DNA of 64,000 bases from an uncultured Acidobacteriota bacterium (lineage in GTDB: Bacteria; Acidobacteriota; UBA6911). The notes below the pieces were generated by a model. The model searched no databases. It worked only from the letters and a program-made list of their open reading frames with translations, and was not told where the DNA came from. The stretch spans positions 115,580 to 179,579 of the forward strand of contig CAVRJA010000002.1 of the NCBI GenBank assembly GCA_963721405.1, read 5' to 3'. Positions 53,965-63,578 of the stretch are shown here, in pieces (the stretch's first letter is position 1; every line of letters starts with the position of its first letter). The position numbers were made by a program, and so were the translations under genes.

Positions 53965-55425
53965 ATGGACCGGCTATTCGTCGAAGAAGAGCTGTTCGGC
54001 AGGCTGGGGTGGCTGATCAAAATCCGCTGGGCCTTCATCGCCGGGCTCATCATCACGATCGCGACGTGTCGAGTTTTCCGGGTCGATCTGCCCTACCTCA
54101 GGCTTGTGGCGGTGGGCGGCTTTATCCTCGCTTACAACGTGGCGCTGTGCGTCCGCCACATGCATATCGGGCGGGCCGGGAGCCCCGATCCCGGCAAGGG
54201 CCAGTTCGAAGCCAATCTGCAGATTTGGGCGGACTTCCTTTCGCTCACCCTCCTCATCCATTACTCGGGAGGCGTCGAAAATCCCTTCGTCTTCCTGTAC
54301 ATCCTGCACATCATCGTCGGCAGCATCATCTTGCGGCGTCACCAGGTGTGGTTCGAGGGACTCGTAGCGTACCTGCTATTCCTGGGCATGGTCATCCTCG
54401 AATACACCGAGGTCATTCCCCACTACGCGGTCAAATACCTGTTTGATCACCCGAGGTACCAAAACCCCTACTTCATTGCTGCCGTGACGATCACGCTTCT
54501 CATTACGTTCCTGTCGACGATTTACATGAGTTCCACGATCGTACACAGCCAGCGCACCCGAGAGTACGAACTCATGCAGGCACGGAGCATGCTCCAGAAG
54601 AAATCCGGCGACCTGGAGAAGGTAAACCGGGAGTTGCGCGAAAAGCAGCAGCAGCTGGTGCAGTCGGAGAAACTGGCATCCCTGGGCCGGCTCTCCGCCG
54701 GCATGGCTCACGAGATCAACAACCCGGTCCAGTTTATCCAGGGAAACATGCGCATCCTGAGCGAGGCCACGGCCGATATCCTGCCGGTCCTCGACCGCCA
54801 CGCGGAGGCTAATCCCGACTTCAAAATTGCGCGCCTCAACTACTCCTTTTTCCGGCAGCACATCAAGACGCTTCTCGACGACATGTCGAACGGCACAGTC
54901 CGGATTGCAGACATCGTGCGCGACCTTAAGAAATTCGCGCGCGCGGAGGAGGGGCGGTTCGACGAATCGGTGGACGTCAACGAGGCGGTCCGCGCCAGCC
55001 TCCGGCTCGTGCACAACAAGGTCAAGCGCCACAATGTCATTACCGAACTCGCCCCGGACCTCCCGCAAATCAAGGGAAACGCCAACAAGATCGAGCAGGT
55101 ACTGGTAGCCAATCTCATCAATGCCGCCGAAGCAATCGCCGACCGGACGGACGGCAGTATCAAGGTGGAGACCTCATCCGACCCGGGGGGAGCGAGCGTG
55201 TGCGTGCGCATAACGGACAACGGGCCCGGCATGACGGAGGAGGTCCGGCAGCGGCTCTTCGACCCTTTCTTCACGACGAAGCAGCGAAGCGGAGGCATGG
55301 GGCTGGGCCTTTCCGTCGCATATGGCATAATCAAGGATCATCAGGGATGGGTTGACGTGGACACGAAGCTGGGCGCGGGGACGACCCTGCAATATCACTT
55401 CCCGGTGGACAGGAGCGAGGGATGA
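53965..55425 (+). CDS. Membrane sensor histidine kinase
   Basis: About six N-terminal TM helices, a coiled coil, H-box SAGMAHEINNPV, and N/G boxes (NLINAAEA, DNGPGM, GMGLGLS). Confidence 0.85.
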   Translation: MDRLFVEEELFGRLGWLIKIRWAFIAGLIITIATCRVFRVDLPYLRLVAVGGFILAYNVALCVRHMHIGRAGSPDPGKGQFEANLQIWADFLSLTLLIHYSGGVENPFVFLYILHIIVGSIILRRHQVWFEGLVAYLLFLGMVILEYTEVIPHYAVKYLFDHPRYQNPYFIAAVTITLLITFLSTIYMSSTIVHSQRTREYELMQARSMLQKKSGDLEKVNRELREKQQQLVQSEKLASLGRLSAGMAHEINNPVQFIQGNMRILSEATADILPVLDRHAEANPDFKIARLNYSFFRQHIKTLLDDMSNGTVRIADIVRDLKKFARAEEGRFDESVDVNEAVRASLRLVHNKVKRHNVITELAPDLPQIKGNANKIEQVLVANLINAAEAIADRTDGSIKVETSSDPGGASVCVRITDNGPGMTEEVRQRLFDPFFTTKQRSGGMGLGLSVAYGIIKDHQGWVDVDTKLGAGTTLQYHFPVDRSEG

Positions 55426-56837
55426 GTCGGGTGCTGGTTATTGACGACGACGTGGCGGTCCTCAACTACTTCATGGTCCTGCTTGCCCAGACGCAGCGCT
55501 ATGAAGTCAGCGTCCTGAGCGACAGCACGCAAGCGTTCGAGACCATCGACTCCGGGAGATTCGACGCCATTCTGCTCGATATGGACATGCCGGTAGTCCA
55601 CGGCCGCGACGTGCTCAAGTACGTGAAGGAAAAGTATCCCGAAATCGAGGTGATCGTCATTACGGGAGTCGAGGACGTGCCGCTGGCCGTCGAATCGATG
55701 AAGGCCGGGGCATACGACTATCTCTGTAAGCCGGTCGACCAGAACCGGCTCCTGCACAGTCTGGAGCTGGCTCTCGAGAGAACACAGCTCCGCGTGGAAA
55801 TTTCCAAACTCCGGGACCAGGTCAGCCTTGCCGGCCTGCGCCACAAAGATGCTTTTCGAGCCATCCTCACCCAGAACAAGAACTTCCTCCGCGTGCTTCA
55901 GCGAGTCGACCAGATCGCCGAGAGCGAAAACTTCGTCCTCATCTGGGGCGAAAGCGGCACGGGCAAGGAGCTCGTGGCCCGGGCGATCCACCGGATCAGC
56001 CGGCGGCGTGACCGTCCGTTCATCGCTGTGAACGCCGGCACCTTCGCCTCGGAACTCTTCACCTCCGAGTTCTTCGGCCACGAGAAAGGAGCGTTCACCG
56101 GCGCAGTCCGAAGCAAAGCCGGCTTTTTCGAGGAAGCCGACGGGGGCACGCTCCTCCTTGACGAGATCGGCGAGCTCGAGTTGCCCGTGCAGTCGAAGCT
56201 GCTCCGCGTGCTGCAGGAAGGGGAGTATTTTCGGGTCGGCTCGACGGAAAAACGCGGCGCCGATGTCAGGATCATCGCGGCTACGAACCGGGACCTTGCC
56301 GACGAGATCGAAAAGGGGCGGTTCCGGCGGGACCTGTACTACCGGCTCAACATCTGTTCGGTGTATTTGCCGCCTCTGCGGGACCGTGAGGGGGATGTCG
56401 AACTGCTGGCCGATTGCTTCCTCGAAAAGCACAATCGCCTGAACGGGAGAGCAATCTCGCTGATCGAGAGGGATGTGATCGACATTCTCGAGATGTACGA
56501 CTACCCGGGGAACGTGCGGGAATTGGAAAACATCATTGCGGAGGCCGTAGTCGTGGAGACCGGGCTGACGCTCACGCGCCGTTCCCTGCCCCGTTATATC
56601 CTGAGCGCGGTTGCCAAGTCCCGCGTGTCGTCGGTACCCGCGGGAGAGCGCAGGACACTCGCGGAAATGGAAGCCGAACACATTCGCCATATGCTCGAAC
56701 TCACGGACGGGAATCGCACAGTGACCGCGGAAATCCTCGGCATCTCGCGCGTGAACCTGCTCGCCAAAATCAAACGCTACGGCATCGACATCAAGCCCTC
56801 GTCCGGCATCCCCGCCACGAACAGCAACCTCGACTGA
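55422..56837 (+). CDS. Sigma-54-dependent response regulator (NtrC family)
   Basis: ATGA overlap with the kinase gene. REC domain, GESGTGKE, GAFTGA, and the C-terminal HTH GNRTVTAEILGISRVNLLAKIKRYG. Confidence 0.9.
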   Translation: MSRVLVIDDDVAVLNYFMVLLAQTQRYEVSVLSDSTQAFETIDSGRFDAILLDMDMPVVHGRDVLKYVKEKYPEIEVIVITGVEDVPLAVESMKAGAYDYLCKPVDQNRLLHSLELALERTQLRVEISKLRDQVSLAGLRHKDAFRAILTQNKNFLRVLQRVDQIAESENFVLIWGESGTGKELVARAIHRISRRRDRPFIAVNAGTFASELFTSEFFGHEKGAFTGAVRSKAGFFEEADGGTLLLDEIGELELPVQSKLLRVLQEGEYFRVGSTEKRGADVRIIAATNRDLADEIEKGRFRRDLYYRLNICSVYLPPLRDREGDVELLADCFLEKHNRLNGRAISLIERDVIDILEMYDYPGNVRELENIIAEAVVVETGLTLTRRSLPRYILSAVAKSRVSSVPAGERRTLAEMEAEHIRHMLELTDGNRTVTAEILGISRVNLLAKIKRYGIDIKPSSGIPATNSNLD

Positions 56838-57115
56838 CAGGGCAGGGCTTGGGGTCCGACCCCGATTCTAGACTATTGAAGAATCATGCAGTAATTCATA
56901 GAATTCTTTAACCGTCGTAGATTTTGCGTGCGATTGTCGCTGATTACAGTGACGAGACAATAACTCGCCCCTGAAGCCGGTTCCGTTTCCAACGGGAGCA
57001 GTCGCATGACAACTTCTTGTATTGCAGCATATTACCGTTTGAACACGGCCTTCGAGCCGGCGGCTCAAGTCAAGGGTGTTTGCATTTGCCGGTGGCGTAG
57101 GGGGTCTGATGGGTT

Positions 57116-60100
57116 ATGATGCTCGAAAGTCACCGTCTATCTCGAGCTGACATGAGCTACGATCGAGCGTTTGAGAGTGTCGATTTGTCTCTCCCGGAAT
57201 CGGAATCTCAGCGGGAGTGTGCGGGCAACATTGCCGCGCAGCGGTTCATCGGCGTCGACATCGGGGCCGAAACGCTCAAGGCGGTGGAACTGGAGCGCCG
57301 CGACGGCGCGCTGACCTGCGTCCGCCGGCAGTTGCTCGACCACGCAAAAAATCCAGGCCCGCTCCTCCTGCAGCTCCTTGCCGACTGGGACTGGTCCGCC
57401 GTTCAGGGCGCGGCCGTAATCGGAAGGCTCAGCCGCCAGGTGAATCTCCCAAGAGTGCCGGTAAAACAAGCTCTGGCCCACGGCTATCGCTTCCACTTCC
57501 AGGACCGGCCGGGGACGGTGGTGTCGCTCGGAAGCCACGGCTTTTCGGTCCTGGAACTGCGCGAAAGCGGTCTCGAGGTGCTGCGCGAGAACAGCCGCTG
57601 CGCCCAGGGCACCGGCAATTTTTTGCGGCAGCTGGTGGAGCGGTTCTCCCTGACGGTCGAGGAGGCGTCCGAACTCTGCGCCGACGTGGATGACCCGGCG
57701 CAGCTGTCAGGCAGGTGCCCCGTGATCCTGAAAACGGACATGACGCACCTGGCCAACAAGGGCGAGGGACGCGCCAGGATTCTGGCGGGTTTGTTCGATG
57801 CCGTCTGCCAGAACGTCTTCACCCTGATAAAGCCTACGGTTACCCCTTCCGACGTCTTGCTGGCCGGCGGCGTAAGCAGGTCGCGGCGAGTGCAGCGCGT
57901 GTTCCAGGAGTTCCTCGACCGCAACGGCATGAAGCTGCTGCGTCTACCGGGAGACGAGGCGATCTTTCTTGAAGCGACCGGCGCTGCGGTCATGGCAGCG
58001 GCGAGCGCGGCAGGAGTCATCCCCCTGGATCAGGTATTGGGCGCGACGGCGGCGGTCAAGATGGATGTAGTTCCCCCCTTGTCAGCCTCCCTGCCGCGGG
58101 TCAAGAGGCTTGATTCCTATCCCCTGGCCCGGCGCAACGGACAACCGCTGGCGCTGATCCTCGGTTTCGACATCGGATCGACGGGCTCCAAACTCGTTGC
58201 CATGGAGCCGTCTTCCTGCAAGATCGCCTGGGAAGGGTACCGGCGGACGACCGGCGATCCCGTTGGTGCCGCTCAAGCCCTCTTGAGCCAGTACATGGAA
58301 GAGCATGGCGCCGAGGATCGGATTGTGGGTTTCGGCGTGACCGGAAGCGGGCGGGAGATTGTCGGCTCGCTGCTGGTCACCTGCTACGGCGAAAGCAGTG
58401 TGTTCATCCTGAACGAAATCGCGGCCCATGCAGAGGGAGCCGTCCACTACGATCAGCGGGTGGATACGATCTTCGAAATTGGCGGACAGGACGCCAAGTA
58501 TATCCGCCTGGAAGATCGCCGGATCATCGACGCCGCCATGAACGAGGCGTGCAGCGCCGGGACCGGATCTTTCATCGAGGAGCAGGGACAGAGGTTCGCC
58601 GGCATCCGTGATGTCGTCCATTTGGGTCAAGAAGCGCTGTGCACGGACCACGGAGTCTCGCTCGGGCAGCACTGTTCGGTCTTCATGGCGGAGATCATCG
58701 GGGAAGCGGTTTCTGCAGGCGTGAGCCGGAATGCGATCATCGCCGGATTATACGATTCCATCATCCAGAACTACCTCAACCGCGTGAAAGGAAACCGCTC
58801 CGTCGGCAAATTCATCTTTTGCCAGGGCATGCCGTTCGCCGCCGACGCGCTCGCCGCGGCCGTAGCGCGCCAGACGGGCAGCGAGGTGATCGTGCCCCCG
58901 AATCCGGGGACAGTGGGCGCTCTCGGGATCGCTCTCCTGGCACGGCGCGGCCTCACGATCTGCGACAATACCTCGTTGGATCCCAGGCGTTTTCAATGCG
59001 CGCGCATCGAAGGGAAGGAAACCTTCGTATGCAAGTCGACCTCGGGCTGCGGCGGCTCGGGCAATCTCTGCCGCATCGACACCATACGCACGACGGTCGA
59101 CTCCAGGCGCCAGCATTTTTCCTGGGGCGGAGCCTGCTCACTTTACGACAAGGGCGCCAGAAAAAGGAAGCTTCCAGACCGTTCGCCGGACCCGTTCCGG
59201 GAGCGCGAAGACCTGGGGCGCGAGATGATCAAACCCTTCCTGGAACGCCGCGGGGCTCGGACCATTTCCATTACGGACGAGTTTATCCTCAGAAACCTGT
59301 TCCCGTTCTTCGTCACGTTTCTGCACGGACTGGGGCTCGATCCCCTGCTGATCGGGGGCGCCGATCACACCGCGTTGAAACGAGGGATCGAAGAGGCGAA
59401 CACGCCTTTCTGCGCGCCGATGCAGCTGTATCATGGGATCGCGGGCAACATGGCGGATGAGAAGCCCGATTACATCTTCCTCCCGATGCTGCGCGGGACG
59501 CCGCGCATCAACGGAGAAAGGGACGCGGTCACCTGCCCGATCGTTCAAGGCAGCAGCGACGTCATCCGCTGGAATCTCCGCCGGAGGTACAGCGGCAGAA
59601 TCCTGTCGCCCGTGATCGATTTCCAGAGCAGCAATCTCCGCTCCCCGGAATTCATGGCCTGCTGCGAGAAGATCGCCGCGGATCTCGGCATTCAAGGCGA
59701 CCTGTGGCGCGCGGCGCACGGAATCGCCGCGGAGGTCCAGCACAGGTTCGACAGGGAATGCCGCGAGATCGGCCGCCGGGCCCTCGATTTTTGCTCCGAA
59801 CGCGACCTCCCGGCCATCGTCGTCCTGGGGCGGCCCTACACGATCTTCAACAAGGTATTGAACTCGAATGTGCCGGCGATTTTGCGCGAGCAAGGCATGC
59901 TCGCCATCCCCTTGGACTGCTATCCGGTCAGCGACGAAGTGCCCATGTTCGATGGCATGTACTGGGGCTACGGCCAGCGGATCCTGCGCGCCGCCCACCA
60001 GATCAGGCGGGCGCGGGACGTGTATGGCGTTTATTGCAGCAATTATTCCTGCGGCCCGGACAGCTTCAACCTGCATTTCTGCGGTTACATCATGGAGGGG

Positions 60101-61561
60101 AAACCCTTCGCCGTCATCGAGACCGACGGGCATTCCGGCGACGCCGGTACCAAGACCCGGATCGAAGCCTTTCTCTATTGTGTGGCCGAAGACCGCCAGA
60201 CGGGAAACCGCCGCGCGCCGGCAAACGATTTTGCGGAGCTCCAACTCAAGCCGATGACGCTGACGGATACCCGCGCGGATGAGACGATGCTCGTTCCCGG
60301 CCTCGGGCCGGGCTCCGAAGTCGCCGCAGCCGCGTTCCGCGGTCTGGGCTTGAAGGCGGAGGTAATGCCCGCGCCAGACGCGGGAATGTTGAAGCTCGGC
60401 CGCCGCTACACATCGGGCAAAGAGTGCGTGCCCGTTTGCCTGGCGTTGGGCAGTTTGCTCGGACGCCTCGAGCCGGAAAAGGCGACCCGGAACCGGTTTG
60501 TTCTTTTGATGCCTTCCAGCCGCGGCCCGTGCCGATTCGGCACTTACAGCCTCCTGCACCAAGTCCTGCTGGAACAGCTTGGCTGGAGGGATAGGGTCCG
60601 CATTTTCTCTCCCTCGGATACGAATTATTTTGCAGGAACGCCCCCCGGTTTCCCGGGACTGTTCTTGAGCGGCGTCGTCGCGTCGGATTTGCTGCTGGCG
60701 GCCCTGCTGGACGTTCGGCCGGCCGAAACACAGCCCGGCGCCGCGGCTGCCGTCTACAAACACTACCAGGGCGAGTTGATCGCGCTGATGAAGCGGGAGG
60801 TTGAAAAACATCCTTCCCAGAAGGATGTAATCTGGCAGGTGGTGTCCGGGAGGCTGTTCGGCATCGCCCGGCTGTTGCGCGACGCTGTCGGCGAATTTCG
60901 CCGGGTCCGCAGGAACGTCGACCTGCCCACGGTGGCGATCGTCGGGGAGATTTATGTGCGCCTGAACCCATTCGCCAATGATTTTATTATCGAACGCCTC
61001 GAAAAGCAGGGCATTCGCGTGCGGCTGGCTCCTTTCTGCGAGTGGATGGAATACGCCGACTACCTTGCCAGTCATCTCGGCAGGCAGCATGGGCTTTCAG
61101 ATCGATTTCGAAGCACCATGCAACAGCGCATCATGTCGATCGCATCCGGAATCCTGTCCGGAGGGATGGGCAGCGACCTTCACGTACCGGTATCCGATTC
61201 CATGTCCGCGGCCGGTCCTTACCTGAGCAGCGATCTGTGGGGAGAGGCGGTTCTTACGCTCGGCTATTCCGTTGCCGAATGGCAGAAAGGCGAAATCGAC
61301 GGCGTGGTCAATCTCGGCCCGCTCGAGTGCATGCCCACCAAGATCGCCGAGGCCCAGTTCTTCCATGTCGCCGAACAATACAAGGCGCTGATCCTGACGA
61401 TCCCTCTCAATGGGGATCCGCTGGATCCGCAGGCGCTGGAGAACTTCACTTTCGAGGTGCTGGAGCGGCACCGACACCGAGCCCGCCGGACGAAGACTGC
61501 AAACCTCAAGGTGCGACCCGGAGCGACCGACCCGCGGCCGCCGTCGGAGCGGCGCGCGTGA
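57116..61561 (+). CDS. 1481-aa fusion of two BcrAD/BadFG/HgdC-type ATPase (activase) domains with an ~800-aa DUF2229-like dehydratase-related region
   Basis: Domain 1: FIGVDIGAETLKAV...ENSRCAQGTGNFLRQL. Domain 2: ILGFDIGSTGSKLV...IFEIGGQDAKYI...MNEACSAGTGSFIEEQ. The C-terminal part has ...FCAPMQLYHG...PDYIFLPML...VTCPIVQGS...YCSNYSCGPDSF...ETDGHSGDAGTKTRIEAF. The start codon is uncertain because the RBS is weak. Confidence 0.8.
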   Translation: MMLESHRLSRADMSYDRAFESVDLSLPESESQRECAGNIAAQRFIGVDIGAETLKAVELERRDGALTCVRRQLLDHAKNPGPLLLQLLADWDWSAVQGAAVIGRLSRQVNLPRVPVKQALAHGYRFHFQDRPGTVVSLGSHGFSVLELRESGLEVLRENSRCAQGTGNFLRQLVERFSLTVEEASELCADVDDPAQLSGRCPVILKTDMTHLANKGEGRARILAGLFDAVCQNVFTLIKPTVTPSDVLLAGGVSRSRRVQRVFQEFLDRNGMKLLRLPGDEAIFLEATGAAVMAAASAAGVIPLDQVLGATAAVKMDVVPPLSASLPRVKRLDSYPLARRNGQPLALILGFDIGSTGSKLVAMEPSSCKIAWEGYRRTTGDPVGAAQALLSQYMEEHGAEDRIVGFGVTGSGREIVGSLLVTCYGESSVFILNEIAAHAEGAVHYDQRVDTIFEIGGQDAKYIRLEDRRIIDAAMNEACSAGTGSFIEEQGQRFAGIRDVVHLGQEALCTDHGVSLGQHCSVFMAEIIGEAVSAGVSRNAIIAGLYDSIIQNYLNRVKGNRSVGKFIFCQGMPFAADALAAAVARQTGSEVIVPPNPGTVGALGIALLARRGLTICDNTSLDPRRFQCARIEGKETFVCKSTSGCGGSGNLCRIDTIRTTVDSRRQHFSWGGACSLYDKGARKRKLPDRSPDPFREREDLGREMIKPFLERRGARTISITDEFILRNLFPFFVTFLHGLGLDPLLIGGADHTALKRGIEEANTPFCAPMQLYHGIAGNMADEKPDYIFLPMLRGTPRINGERDAVTCPIVQGSSDVIRWNLRRRYSGRILSPVIDFQSSNLRSPEFMACCEKIAADLGIQGDLWRAAHGIAAEVQHRFDRECREIGRRALDFCSERDLPAIVVLGRPYTIFNKVLNSNVPAILREQGMLAIPLDCYPVSDEVPMFDGMYWGYGQRILRAAHQIRRARDVYGVYCSNYSCGPDSFNLHFCGYIMEGKPFAVIETDGHSGDAGTKTRIEAFLYCVAEDRQTGNRRAPANDFAELQLKPMTLTDTRADETMLVPGLGPGSEVAAAAFRGLGLKAEVMPAPDAGMLKLGRRYTSGKECVPVCLALGSLLGRLEPEKATRNRFVLLMPSSRGPCRFGTYSLLHQVLLEQLGWRDRVRIFSPSDTNYFAGTPPGFPGLFLSGVVASDLLLAALLDVRPAETQPGAAAAVYKHYQGELIALMKREVEKHPSQKDVIWQVVSGRLFGIARLLRDAVGEFRRVRRNVDLPTVAIVGEIYVRLNPFANDFIIERLEKQGIRVRLAPFCEWMEYADYLASHLGRQHGLSDRFRSTMQQRIMSIASGILSGGMGSDLHVPVSDSMSAAGPYLSSDLWGEAVLTLGYSVAEWQKGEIDGVVNLGPLECMPTKIAEAQFFHVAEQYKALILTIPLNGDPLDPQALENFTFEVLERHRHRARRTKTANLKVRPGATDPRPPSERRA

Positions 61562-61680
61562 GCGGGCGGGTGGATTGCCGCTTTTAATGTGGACGGGGTT
61601 GGACATTTTTCCCCGCTCCCTTGTGGTCGCGCCGCTCTAAGGGATCGGGGCGTTTGCTGCCGATCTTCATGAATAATCTT

Positions 61681-61710
61681 AAGTGGGGCGTGGTCATTCG
61701 CGCCCCACTT
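61681..61710. terminator. Hairpin between convergent genes
   Basis: aagtggggcg-tggtcattcg-cgccccactt has a perfect 10-bp stem. It lies between the stop at 61561 (+) and the stop at 61730 (-). Confidence 0.55.
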
Positions 61711-61729
61711 GGCCTCGAGTTGGCGGGAT

Positions 61730-62722
61730 TTACTTGTCGCTGTTCTTCTTGATGATCTGCGTCTTAATGACCGACGTTTCTTTTACGGTATAGTCGGCCG
61801 GGACCTGGAACAGGCTCGGATCAGGCTCGGCCCGCCTGATGTTCGTCAGCTGATAGAGATTGTCCCCGGACATCGGGTTGCTGGTTTTGGATTTTATCAG
61901 CATTCCCAGTTCGGAGGAGTACCAGCGCTCGGTGACAATCTCGATCGGGCTGTCATTGCCGATCGAACCGGCGGGTATCGTCTCGATGGTGCGTGTTCCT
62001 TCCGCCGGCACGCCCTCGATGGTTTGCACCCCGAGCGAATCCGTTTTGGCGTTGGTGGGACCAGAAATCCTGGTGGTGGTGAATATTGCCCCGCCGGTTC
62101 CGAAACCGGCGCCGCCGCCTGGGCCCGTCGAGGCCACCACGCCTCCCATGACCCCGCCGCCCTCGGCAGCAACAGTGATGCCTTCGCGAGACATAACCAC
62201 CTTCGTCCAATCACTCCCGGTTCCGGAGTTGATTACCTTGGTCAACATGGCCGTATGATCGGCGGGATTGAGCACATAACTCACGCCTGCAACCGGATCA
62301 TTGATGAAGATCGTCTGTTTCGCAGGGCCCGAGGACGCGTACGGGCCGATCGCATTGATCGTCTGCTCGCGGCGCGTGCGCCCGTCGGTATCGCGATAGA
62401 CGGACGAAGTCGACTTCCGGTAAAGGCGCTGGCCGTTGCCTAACGTCTGCATAAACTCGGTCACCGCATCCGCCGAAAATGGGACTCCCTTGACCACCTT
62501 GGACTCGAAGCCCATTTCCGACGCCACGAATGTGTATGTGGCAGTCTGCGACCCCGGAACACCCGCATTGGTCACGGCTACCAGACCCTTCTCAGTGATA
62601 ACCTTGACGTCAGTCTGAACGGTCTGCTGAGTCTCCTGCTGCGTCTGGGCCAGAGCCCATGCGCCGAGGGCAAGAAAGAGCATCAAGCCGAAAGCCGTTA
62701 TTGTAGATTTCCTGATCCTCAT
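61730..62722 (-). CDS. Secreted protein of unknown function with an internal Gly-rich loop, downstream of the ECF sigma/anti-sigma pair
   Basis: RBS GGAGAGGAG. Signal peptide AFGLMLFLALGAWALAQT. Gly-rich tract AAEGGGVMGGVVASTGPGGGAGFGTGG. Confidence 0.7.
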   Translation of the reverse strand: MRIRKSTITAFGLMLFLALGAWALAQTQQETQQTVQTDVKVITEKGLVAVTNAGVPGSQTATYTFVASEMGFESKVVKGVPFSADAVTEFMQTLGNGQRLYRKSTSSVYRDTDGRTRREQTINAIGPYASSGPAKQTIFINDPVAGVSYVLNPADHTAMLTKVINSGTGSDWTKVVMSREGITVAAEGGGVMGGVVASTGPGGGAGFGTGGAIFTTTRISGPTNAKTDSLGVQTIEGVPAEGTRTIETIPAGSIGNDSPIEIVTERWYSSELGMLIKSKTSNPMSGDNLYQLTNIRRAEPDPSLFQVPADYTVKETSVIKTQIIKKNSDK

Positions 62723-62768
62723 TTGCGATCTCCTCTCCGCTTAAGACATGGATGATTTCAGCCTGGCC

Positions 62769-63578
62769 CTAACGTTTAGAGGGCAGTCCAGTCTGAACAA
62801 AATTAGAATTCGTCTGGCTCAGGAATCGGATGGCGCGCGCCACCCCGTCCTGGCCGATCAATACCTGGGCAGCCACCGGCTGATCCGCACGTTCCTGGTT
62901 GACGGGAAGCCCGCAGGCGGCCATCGCGCTTCTGGGCAGAAGTACGCGGACCAGCTGGCCGCTCTCCACTGCGGCAAGTCCGGCATCCGGCGTCAACGGG
63001 ATGAAATCCGTCGCGATCTCAACCGGCGTCGGCTTCTTTGGGGGCGCGGCACGCCTGGGCCCGACTCGACGGGCCACCAATTCCGTGCGTGGGGTCTTTT
63101 CGTCGGGGAACATTTCCGGCGCTGCAGCTGCGCCTTCGGCTTGACTGCCGGTTTGCGCCGGGTGAGCCGGCGAGAGCTTCTCGGTTGCCGGGCCGGCCAG
63201 GCTGCTTCCTCCCGTGGTTGGGAAATGGAACAGCTTGAACGCAGTCGCCCCGAGCAATCCCAGGACAAGGACGGCGGCGATGCCCCAGGCGACGGCGGGC
63301 AAAACGCGCGGGGGCCTGTTGTGGTCGGCTTCGCCGGGCAGTTTCACCTTGCGTGCGCGATACGCGGCAAGAAGCGCCGTCTCGACTTGGGATGGCGCCC
63401 TGCAGGGCTCCGCGGCCGCCCGGGCCAGAAGGCCCGTCAGCGCCCGCTCACCGGCCAAACGGGCCGCACACCGTGCACAGGACTTGACGTGATCCAGCGC
63501 TGCCTCGTGCGCGTTCCCTTCGCCCGTATGCTGCCGGGCCAGGTCCGTGATCAACGTTTCAAAGGTTTCACAGTTCAT
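62769..63578 (-). CDS. Anti-sigma factor (zf-HC2 type), single TM helix
   Basis: MNCETFETLITDL...LDHVKSCARCAARL has H-x3-C-x2-C. TM helix AVAWGIAAVLVLGLLGATAF. Its ATG overlaps the sigma-factor TGA (ATGA at 63575-63578). Confidence 0.8.
   Translation of the reverse strand: MNCETFETLITDLARQHTGEGNAHEAALDHVKSCARCAARLAGERALTGLLARAAAEPCRAPSQVETALLAAYRARKVKLPGEADHNRPPRVLPAVAWGIAAVLVLGLLGATAFKLFHFPTTGGSSLAGPATEKLSPAHPAQTGSQAEGAAAAPEMFPDEKTPRTELVARRVGPRRAAPPKKPTPVEIATDFIPLTPDAGLAAVESGQLVRVLLPRSAMAACGLPVNQERADQPVAAQVLIGQDGVARAIRFLSQTNSNFVQTGLPSKR

Noticed and set aside
56838-57115. Sigma-54 promoter upstream of the giant activase gene
   Set aside because: I found no GG-N10-GC element with TGGCAC/TTGC character in this interval. 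There are only AT-rich short palindromes (aagaat/attctt), which are too weak to call.
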